Shown: positions 20,530 to 30,400 of the stretch, in pieces
Layout of the letters: each line of letters begins with the position of its first letter
Position numbering within the stretch: position 1 is the first letter of the stretch
Virus record (IMG/VR): IMGVR_UViG_3300037067_008064
Span: 192,001 to 256,000 of that record
DNA length: 64,000 nt
Strand: one strand, 5' to 3'
DNA from: a virus
Taxonomy: Duplodnaviria > Heunggongvirae > Uroviricota > Caudoviricetes
Made by a program: the position numbers and the translations under genes
Notes under the pieces: model-generated
Database searches by the model: none
Seen by the model: the letters and a program-made list of their open reading frames with translations, nothing else
Told to the model about the DNA's origin: nothing

Positions 20530-23343
20530 TTAAAAGTTTACAAAATTAACTAATTCCTTTAATATTTTTTTTCTATCTTCAAATGGATAACCCACCACAT
20601 GAACCGTAAAATTACCTTGTTTATAGATATTGGTATTATTATTCCACGATGGAGCTTCATTCAGAACGTGCGGCAAATACATTGGCCAAACAGAATTCAT
20701 TAAGGTTTCTTCTACAATTTTTGTCATAGTTTTATAATGTGGTACATTAGTAGTTAAAATTCTAAATGCTCTATTATCATAATCAAAATATTCTGTTGTT
20801 ACTGGAATTCTTTTATTTTGAATTACATCATCTAATAATTGAATTGATAAAGGAGTATTTTTAATTAATATATGACTTGCTGTTACTAATCTATTTGGGT
20901 CAATAAATTTACTATATTCTGGATTATTAAAATCAGGACAATAAATAGTAGCTGGCATTATAAGATTATAATTTTCGTCGATAATAGATTCTATTTTAAT
21001 ATTATGATTCATAAACATCGAATCTGAATCTATATAAAAAACCCAATCATAATCTTCAATAAATTTTTTAATTGCTAATGGTTTTTGCCAATATACAGAC
21101 ATATTAGAGTCAATCATTGTATTAATACATTGAAAATCATATCCATGTTTTTCACAATATTTTTTATTAACTTCACTCGTTATATCACCTATTTCTTTAT
21201 AAGATTCATTATATTGCATTACAACACATATATGATTCTTTTTTTCTTTAACTTCCTTTTGTTTTGTATCTATTTTTACTGGAAAATACATTTTAGGATT
21301 CCGTGTTATTAAAAAATTAATACTGTCAACTATTTCATTATAATTTTTAAGCCCATGAAATGTTTTAACTGAACTTTTATTATATGGAATCCAAGACCAA
21401 TCTTCATTTTGTCCGTTTAAAACAAATCTAAATCCATTCATTTGTTTAGAAAATTTAGATTTATCAGAATCATCAAAATCTTCAAATGCTTTAATAAATT
21501 CAATATTCTTTACATTAAAGAAACTTAATTCAATTTTATCAGTATATCCATATTTCCAAAATAAAACATTGATAATAGTTTCTTCATGATATGGTGCTAA
21601 TTTTCTCCAAAAACTTCTTATATAATCATCATCACATGTATCTCTCCACTCTTCTATAAAAGCTTTACAATTTTTATTAAAAGCAATTGTATTAGTTTGA
21701 ACATAATCTTCACCTCTGGTTTTAACATCTAAATATTCCATTAAATGTCTTTCAATATAATATTCAGCTCCAGGACCTAATAAAATACTAAACACTCCTC
21801 TTGTAACAAGTGGATAGTTTTTAATGTGATTAATATTTTCAAATAAATCATCAACATTATATCTTGCAACCATGTCACCATCTAAATAAATACCTTCATT
21901 AATTCCAAGTTCAAAGGCTTTAAGGATAATAAATGGTTTAAGAGTTAAAATATTATATATTGAATCATCTGATCTATCAATATATTCATTACCATCTTGT
22001 TGTATAAATTTAGGGTCTTTAATATTTCGTTCAGTATTATATCTAACTGTAAATACTCTATTATTATTTTTATAAATATCTGTATCAAAATTAACCGTAA
22101 AAAGAACTATAGGATTTTCAGAAAATTCTAATAATGATTGAATTAAGCCTTTTGTCGTATTTAAATAATTTTCAGTGGTGTGTGTTATAAAAGCTGATGT
22201 TGGATATTTTGATTCGTTATTTTTTGCACCTAATTGAAAAGTTCTTTTAATAATATCAGGATTAATAGTATTTTCAATCGATTTAACTAATTCATCTTCT
22301 TTTTTTTGAACATCTATAAATCTTTCAATTTCTTTATTAATCTCAGATTGTGTTTCTTTTAACATGGACATTGTGTCCATGTTATTGTCCATGATTCTAG
22401 TTTCTTTACTAGACAAAACATCTTTAATAAGTTGTATATTTTCTTTAACATTATCATTAAGATATGTTACTAATGGTTCATTATCATATTTATGTTTATA
22501 TGCCGGTAAATCTCTCATTACAACTTTCATGTTCCAAGCTAGTGCTTCCTTTATTACTAATGGATTATTTTCATATTTGGATGTAAATAATAACATATCC
22601 ATAGAAGAATAAAATTTATCTACATCATTTCTTTCCCCGTGTATAATACAATTAGCTGGTTTATTTTTCATTAATGGAGCCCAATAATCTTGAAAATTTC
22701 CAGCTTGATTACCAACGAAATGAAATTTAACTGTGTTATCAAAATATTTAGCTAATTCAAATATTTCACCTTGATTTTTCCCAGGCGTAAATAAACCAAC
22801 ATTTAATATATGAGTATGTTCAGGATTTAATTTAAGTTGTTTAAGTATTGAAGTTCTGTCTGGCCTTTGTTTTTTATCAAGTTCATATTCAATAATTGTT
22901 TTGTCAACATCTAAATTTAAAAATCTATCATAATTTAATTGTGACACAAAAGAAAATTTATCAGGCATAAACATTTTTTTCTCTGATGTATAATCAGCCG
23001 AGTGAGTTGTTTCTATTAAAACATAATCTCTTTCATTAGAATAAATTTCTTTAATAATATCAATATTAATAAAAGTTTCCGGTAATTCTTCAATATGAAT
23101 TATGTCTGGTTGAATACGCTTAATGATATTAAGTAATTCTTTTTTATTATCACCCAATGTAAAAAACTTATTTCTTAAAAGCTTTTGTATTGCACTTTTT
23201 TGTACAATAAAATCAGGTGAAAAATTTTGATATTCAACACAATAAACGTCATATACGTCATACATTAATTCAATTTTTCTTAATAAATAAGCCGGAAGAC
23301 CACCTGTTGATAGATGTGGAGTAATGTAAAGAATTTTTTTCAT
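20530..23343 (-). CDS. Multi-domain glycosyltransferase (GT4-like + GT-A + GT34-like)
   Basis: GT-B domain: HLSTGG, NVGLFTPGKNQ, ENNPLVIKEA. Middle GT-A: IYLDGD, HEETIIN. C-terminal GT-A: YCEKHGY, WQKP, WVFYIDSD. Confidence 0.85.
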   Translation of the reverse strand: MKKILYITPHLSTGGLPAYLLRKIELMYDVYDVYCVEYQNFSPDFIVQKSAIQKLLRNKFFTLGDNKKELLNIIKRIQPDIIHIEELPETFINIDIIKEIYSNERDYVLIETTHSADYTSEKKMFMPDKFSFVSQLNYDRFLNLDVDKTIIEYELDKKQRPDRTSILKQLKLNPEHTHILNVGLFTPGKNQGEIFELAKYFDNTVKFHFVGNQAGNFQDYWAPLMKNKPANCIIHGERNDVDKFYSSMDMLLFTSKYENNPLVIKEALAWNMKVVMRDLPAYKHKYDNEPLVTYLNDNVKENIQLIKDVLSSKETRIMDNNMDTMSMLKETQSEINKEIERFIDVQKKEDELVKSIENTINPDIIKRTFQLGAKNNESKYPTSAFITHTTENYLNTTKGLIQSLLEFSENPIVLFTVNFDTDIYKNNNRVFTVRYNTERNIKDPKFIQQDGNEYIDRSDDSIYNILTLKPFIILKAFELGINEGIYLDGDMVARYNVDDLFENINHIKNYPLVTRGVFSILLGPGAEYYIERHLMEYLDVKTRGEDYVQTNTIAFNKNCKAFIEEWRDTCDDDYIRSFWRKLAPYHEETIINVLFWKYGYTDKIELSFFNVKNIEFIKAFEDFDDSDKSKFSKQMNGFRFVLNGQNEDWSWIPYNKSSVKTFHGLKNYNEIVDSINFLITRNPKMYFPVKIDTKQKEVKEKKNHICVVMQYNESYKEIGDITSEVNKKYCEKHGYDFQCINTMIDSNMSVYWQKPLAIKKFIEDYDWVFYIDSDSMFMNHNIKIESIIDENYNLIMPATIYCPDFNNPEYSKFIDPNRLVTASHILIKNTPLSIQLLDDVIQNKRIPVTTEYFDYDNRAFRILTTNVPHYKTMTKIVEETLMNSVWPMYLPHVLNEAPSWNNNTNIYKQGNFTVHVVGYPFEDRKKILKELVNFVNF

Positions 23344-23412
23344 GAAAATAAATTATAAATATAAAAAATTATGATTTATTATATTATGAAATATGATTAG
23401 TAAGGTTTTAAT

Positions 23413-24426
23413 TTAAAGAATCATAGCAGACCATCTTCTTATATTAGCTCTATAATCAATTATTAGTTTTGGGTCTTTACTAGTTCCTATATTATCTGCT
23501 GTATCAACAATAAGAGCTGAAACTTGCCCGCTTGACCATTTAGCACCCGATATATTTTTTTGATCCCATTCAATAACTCCTCCATAAACAGTATTATTTG
23601 TTAATGAAATAGATAATTTACCTACACCAAATGAATTATAATTATCTGATATTTGAAAGTTGCTCATTGATATAGAATCAAGAAGAGTCATATCCCATTT
23701 AGCAATATTATAATCAGATGAATCTAAATTTATAGGATTATTTGGAATCATTGTTACAATGCAAAGTGATACATCACCTAATCCAGAAATTGTAGCATAC
23801 CCAGCTAAATATAATGATGCATCATTTATTGTTATACCAGATATACTATTTAATGTATCAAATGTAAATACTTGTCTTCTTAAAATTGAATATGTATTCG
23901 TTGTTGTACTGGCTGTTAAACCGGCAGCTACAATTGCATCAGTAACATTAGATTGTGTTCCAGCTGAATTTCTTATAGTAGAAAAGTTTTCAGGTAAACC
24001 AGGTGGTGCTCTTTGAACATAACCATCACATGAAGTATTACTACCACCACCACTAGCATCTGGATAAAAAGTTAATGTACTAAATCCAAAGCTTAATTCC
24101 GGAATATATTCATCAGCAAAAAATTCATCCCATTTATGAAAAAATAACCAAACCCATTTTAAAGAAAAATAAATTCTTTTACTAAATTTAGGGTGTGTTC
24201 TAATATCTCTTTTATATCTTCCTTTTCCTAAATAAACGGAATAAAAATTTGGTTGTATATCTGTTATTAATTGAGAATATTTAACATCATGATGTATTCT
24301 AAATATCCATCTTATTAATAATTTTAATATCGGAAAATTTAATAAAATTATTAAAATATTTTGATATTTATCAAACCATTTTTTATTAAAAGCATTATAT
24401 CTATTATCTTGTATTTTAGTTTTCAT
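23413..24426 (-). CDS. Putative fibre-associated protein: basic/aromatic leader plus a beta-sandwich (DNRLRE-like) domain
   Basis: Its start overlaps the stop of the 2320-aa gene by one base. The C-terminal domain reads DGYV...TFD...INDASLYL...DPKLIIDY. Confidence 0.4.
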   Translation of the reverse strand: MKTKIQDNRYNAFNKKWFDKYQNILIILLNFPILKLLIRWIFRIHHDVKYSQLITDIQPNFYSVYLGKGRYKRDIRTHPKFSKRIYFSLKWVWLFFHKWDEFFADEYIPELSFGFSTLTFYPDASGGGSNTSCDGYVQRAPPGLPENFSTIRNSAGTQSNVTDAIVAAGLTASTTTNTYSILRRQVFTFDTLNSISGITINDASLYLAGYATISGLGDVSLCIVTMIPNNPINLDSSDYNIAKWDMTLLDSISMSNFQISDNYNSFGVGKLSISLTNNTVYGGVIEWDQKNISGAKWSSGQVSALIVDTADNIGTSKDPKLIIDYRANIRRWSAMIL

Positions 24427-27400
24427 TATATAGCATATGTTTTATATCTTACATATATAGAAGCATTAAAATCTGATGGGTCGGGTGGTCCTGTGGTTAC
24501 TTTAGTTATTCTTAATCTTAATTGATCTCCACTATTAATACCAATATTTAATGAAGTTTTAGTACTAACATCAGTACCAACACCGGCACATGAAATAATA
24601 GTTGACCAACTACTAGCTGTTCTTTGTTCAATAACAAAATCAACAAGACCGCCAACTTGGTTCATACTAGAAATTCCTGTAATAACAGCTGAACCATCTA
24701 CTGGTTGGTACATAACCATCGCTGGTAATATATCATTATTAACTGGTGTTTCTGGAATAGTCCAAGTATGTGGAATTGTTACATATCCCGCAACACCACT
24801 AGTTCCTGCGGTTCCTGAAGAACCTCTTGTTCCAGCAGTTCCTGATGATGCTGAAGTTCCGGCAGTACCACTGCTACCATCATCACCTGATGTACCACTG
24901 CTACCATCATCACCTGATGTTCCTGAAGAACCTCTGGTTCCTGAAGAACCTCTGGTTCCTGAAGAACCTCTAGTTCCTGAAGAACCTCTGGTTCCTGAAG
25001 AACCTCTAGTTCCTGCGGTTCCAGAGCTTCCACTTCCACCAGATTTTCCACTGGTTCCTGAAGTGCCTGCTCCTGAAGTACCACTACTACCCGTATCTCC
25101 AGCAGTACCTGAAGTCCCACTACCTGAAGTCCCACTCGTGCCTATTCCACTAGTTCCTGAAGTTCCAGTTCCTGAAGTACCACTACTTCCAGTACCTCCG
25201 GCAGTTCCTGAAGTTCCTGCTGTTGCTGAAACGCCTGTCGTTCCACTACTTCCTGTAGTTCCTGAAGAACCTTTGGTTCCTGCAGTTCCACTGCTACCAT
25301 CATTACCTGATGTACCTGCACTTGCACTTGTTCCTGAAGTTCCACTACTACCATCTGCACCATCATTTCCAGAGGTTCCTGAAGAACCTCTGGTCCCTGA
25401 AGAACCTCTAGTTCCTGCAGTTCCAGAGCTTCCACTACCTCCAGTTTCACCTGATGTTCCTGATGTAGATGCTAGACCTGAAGTTCCTGAAGTTCCTACT
25501 CCACTTGTACCTGAAGTACCATTAATTCCATCAGCACCATTTATAGAAAGTGAAAAATATAAAATATCACCATTAACCCAAGTTCCATTTCCACCTAAAA
25601 CTGAAAGATTACTAATTGAGCAGTATGTTGAATGGTCCATTAAACCTTCAACATAATAAATACCAAAATTATTATCACTATTTTTTTTGGTTATTTGTAA
25701 TTGGCAACCACCATTTATTAAACCGCCTACTGTTAAAAATAACCAAGTTGAAAGATTTACATTATTTACATTAGTGTAATTTATATCAATTGTTGTAACA
25801 TCAGCAAAAGTTGAAGTATCTAAAATTATCTTACCAGAAGCCATAATACTATCCTCGGCCATCCAATATGAACCTGATGCTCCAGATACTCCATATCCTG
25901 CAGTTCCTGATGTACCTGTGATATCACTTAATGTTTCTTTATTTAAAACTTCAAATGAATCTTCTTCAGTATGATAAATTAATTGTACTGAACCACCATT
26001 AACGTCAACTATAAAGTTTTGTATAGCACCTTGAATCTTATGCCCATTAGATAAAATATTAATATTATTTATAGAAGAATTTCTATTAATATCAATAACT
26101 TCAATAATATGTCCATTAGCTGGACTGGTTGGTAAAAGTATATTAAGAGAATTTGATGATACATCTGTTAAAATAAGTTCACCTGAATTAGCATTATAAC
26201 TTACATCAGTTTCAATAATAATTAAACCACCCCCAGCTCCACCTGATGTTCCACTACTACCTACACCACCTGAAGTTCCTGCTGTTCCACTGCTACCTCT
26301 TGTTCCTGATGTTCCACCTGTACCACTACTTGCTGAAGTTCCTGATGAACCTACACCACCTGAAGTTCCTGAAGTTCCAGCTGTTCCTGATGAACCTACA
26401 CCACCTGAAGTTCCTGAAGTTCCAGCTGTTCCTGATGAACCTACACCACCTGAAGTTCCTGAAGTTCCACCTGTTGAACTTGTTCCTGAAGTTCCACCTG
26501 TTCCTGATGATGCACTAGTTCCTGATGAACCAACTCCACCTGAAGTTCCTGAAGTTCCACTACTTGCACTTGTTCCTGATGAACCAACTCCACCTGAAGT
26601 TCCTGAAGTTCCACCTGTTGAACTTGTGCCTGCTGTTCCTGATGAACCTACACCACCTGAAGTTCCTGCTGTTCCACTGCTACCTCTTGTTCCTGATGTT
26701 CCACCTGTTGAACTTGTGCCTGCTGTTCCTGATGATGCACTTGTTCCAGAAGTTCCTGCTGTTCCTGATGATGCACTAGTTCCTGAAGAACCAACTCCAC
26801 CTGATGTGCCTGATGATGCACTAGTTCCTGAAGAACCAACTCCACCTGATGTGCCTGAAGTTCCACCTGTTGAAGAAGTTCCTGCTGTTCCTGATGATGC
26901 ACTAGTTCCTGAAGAACCTACACCACCTGATGTGCCTGATGATGCACTAGTTCCTGAAGTTCCTGATGAACCAACTCCACCTGATGTGCCTGATGATGCA
27001 CTAGTTCCTGAAGTTCCTGATGAACCAATTCCACCTGAAGTTCCTGAAGTTCCACTGCTACCATCATTACCTGATGTACCTGCACTTGCACTTGTTCCTG
27101 AAGTTCCTACTCCACTTGTACCTGAAGTACCTTGTGCCCCAACTAAACTTGTTGAAAAATACAATAAATCACCATTTGTCCATGTTCCCAAACCACCAAA
27201 ACATAATACCCCAAAACCATAAGCATAACCAAGATCATAAAGAGTTCCAAAACTTTCAAAATATATTCCAAATTCAATATTACTTCCAATTTTAGTTATA
27301 CCTATTTGACTACCACCACCACCTTCTATAGTACCTTGTAACCAAATACCAAGATTAGTTCCATAAAAATCTTTTTTACTAATTTCTATATTAGCAATAT

Positions 27401-30400
27401 TTGTAAAAGTATTATAATCTAAATAAATTAAACCTGGCCCCGAAGAACTATCTGAAGCTTCCCAATATGAACCAGCGGCACCAGATACTCCATATCCAGC
27501 AGTACCACTTGTACCTGTGATATCACTTAATGTTTCTTTATTTAAAACTTCAAATGAATCTTCTTCAGTATGATAAATTAATTGTACTGAACCACCATTA
27601 ACGTCAACTATAAAGTTTTGTATAGCACCTTGAATCTTATGCCCATTAGATAAAATATTAATATTATTTATAGAAGAATTTCTATTAATATCAATAACTT
27701 CAATAATATGTCCATTGCTAGGATTTAAAGGTAATAATATATTAAGAGAATTTGATGATACATCAGTTAAAATAAGTTCATTAACATTAGCATTATAACT
27801 AACATCTGTTTCAATTACTGTTAATCCACTACCACTTCCTCCTCCTGAAGTACCACTACTACCTGTATTTCCGGCTGTTCCCGATGTTCCTGCAGATGCA
27901 CTAGTTCCTGAAGTTCCACTGCTTCCTTTTGTTCCTGAAGTTCCACCCGTTGAAGAAGTTCCTGAAGTTCCTGCAGATGCACTAGTTCCTGAGGTTCCAC
28001 CTGTAGACGAAGTTCCTGAAGTTCCACTGCTTCCTTTTGTTCCTGAAGTTCCACCTGTTGAACTGGTTCCTGATGTTCCTGCACTTGCACTAGTTCCTGA
28101 AGTTCCACCTGTAGATGAAGTTCCTGATGAACCTACACCACCCGCTGTTCCTGATGTTCCTGCACTTGCACTGGTTCCTGAAGTTCCACCTGTTGAAGAA
28201 GTTCCTGAGGTTCCTGCACTTGCTGAAGTTCCTGATGTTCCACCGGTGGATGAAGTTCCTGAAGTTCCACCCGTTGAAGAAGTTCCTGATGAACCTACAC
28301 CACCTGCTGTTCCTGAAGTTCCACCTGTTGAAGAAGTTCCTGAGGTTCCTGCAGATGCACTAGTTCCTGATGTTCCACTGCTTCCTTTTGTTCCTGATGT
28401 TCCACCTGTAGATGAAGTTCCTGAAGTTCCTGCACTTGCACTAGTTCCTGATGTTCCACCCGTTGAACTTGTTCCTGAAGTTCCTGCACTTGCACTGGTT
28501 CCTGAAGTTCCACCTGTAGATGAAGTTCCTGAAGTTCCCGCAGATGCACTAGTTCCTGAAGTTCCTGCACTTGCACTGGTTCCTGAAGTTCCACCTGTAG
28601 ATGAAGTTCCTGATGTTCCACTATTATATTTAGAAAAAACACCAATTTCACCTACCACAAAAATGCCGGCACCATCAATATTAATTAAATTTATTGAAAC
28701 ATCTGTTCCATTATTTATAACACCACTAATAATATAAATTCCAAAAGTACCAGGGTCAGAATAACTTTCAAAATATAAAGTAGAACCTATTTGAAAAGAT
28801 AAAAGCCAAGCACTTAAATCAGTTCCATCATAATCTATATTAGCAAAATCAAAAGTTGTAATTAAAGTTGGATCGGTTGTAGCACCAGGTGTAACTACTA
28901 CTGTTCCATTTACAATGCCAACTCCTCTTTGCCATCTTCTTCCAAAAGAAATTCCATTTATACCACTAGTTCCTGAAGTTCCACCTGTTGAACTTGTTCC
29001 TGAGGTTCCTGCACTTGCTGAAGTTCCTGAAGTTCCTGCAGATGCACTAGTTCCTGAAGTTCCACTGCTTCCTTTTGTTCCTGAAGTTCCACCCGTTGAA
29101 CTGGTTCCTGAGGTTCCTGCACTTGCACTGGTTCCTGAAGTTCCCGCACTTGCTGAAGTTCCTGAAGTTCCCGCAGATGCACTAGTTCCTGAAGTTCCTG
29201 CACTTGCACTGGTTCCTGAAGTTCCCGCACTTGCTGAAGTTCCTGAAGTTCCCGCAGATGCACTAGTTCCTGAAGTTCCACTGCTTCCTTTTGTTCCTGA
29301 AGTTCCACCTGTTGAACTGGTTCCTGATGTTCCACCTGTAGATGAAGTTCCTGAAGTTCCTGCACTTGCACTAGTTCCTGAGGTTCCACCTGTAGATGAA
29401 GTTCCTGATGAACCTACACCACCCGCAGTTCCTGAAGTTCCCGCACTTGCACTAGTTCCTGAAGTTCCACCTGTTGAACTGGTTCCTGAGGTTCCACCTG
29501 TTGAACTGGTTCCTGAAGTTCCTGCACTTGCTGAAGTTCCTGATGTTCCTGCACTTGCTGATGTTCCTGATGTTCCACCTGTTGAACTGGTTCCTGAAGT
29601 TCCACCTGTTGAACTTGTTCCTGAAGTTCCTGATGTTCCACCTGTTGAACTTGTTCCTGAAGTTCCTGTACTTCCTGAAGTTCCACCTGTTGAACTTGTT
29701 CCTGAAGTTCCTGATGTTCCACCTGTTGAACTTGTTCCTGAAGTTCCTGTACTTCCTGAAGTTCCTGATGTTCCACCTGTTGAACTGGTTCCTGAAGTTC
29801 CTGTACTTCCTGAAGTTCCACCTGTTGAACTTGTTCCTGAGGTTCCTCCTGTTGAACTTGTTCCTGAGGTTCCTGCACTTGCACTAGTTCCTGAAGTTCC
29901 ACCTGTAGATGAAGTTCCTGAGGTTCCACCTGTAGATGAAGTTCCTGAAGTTCCACCTGTAGATGAAGTTCCTGAAGTTCCTGCACTTGCACTGGTTCCT
30001 GAAGTTCCTGCACTTCCTGAAGTTCCTGACGTTCCACCTGTTGAACTTGTTCCTGAAGTTCCTGCACTTGCACTGGTTCCTGAAGTTCCTGCACTTCCTG
30101 AAGTTCCTGACGTTCCACCTGTTGAACTTGTTCCTGATGTTCCACCTGTTGAACTTGTTCCTGAGGTTCCACCTGTTGAACTTGTTCCTGAGGTTCCATT
30201 CGTTCCGTTTATAGTTATTCCACTAGTTCCTGATGAACCAGTTAATGCAGAACCGACACTCACATCCCATTGTGTAGTAATATTATTAAATATAAAACCA
30301 TTACCCATAGATGCTGAACGAACAAAATATCCTAATGAACCATCAACATATACATAATCCATACCAGTTCCGCTTTGTGATAATTCCCAAAGTGTTTTAA

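Noticed and set aside
25911-27716. Diversity-generating retroelement TR/VR pair
   Set aside because: The core is identical, flanking differences are not adenine-specific, and there is no reverse transcriptase in the window.
24796-30240. Possible CRISPR array
   Set aside because: Units are 9/18/27-bp in-frame coding repeats with synonymous variation and no unique spacers; there are no cas genes.
24779-30357. Many overlapping ORFs rich in VPEVP, QELQE or FLKFL in other frames and strands
   Set aside because: They are shadow frames of the 9-bp GTS repeat, which lacks stops in several frames. Only the 2320-aa frame runs through the unique spacers.
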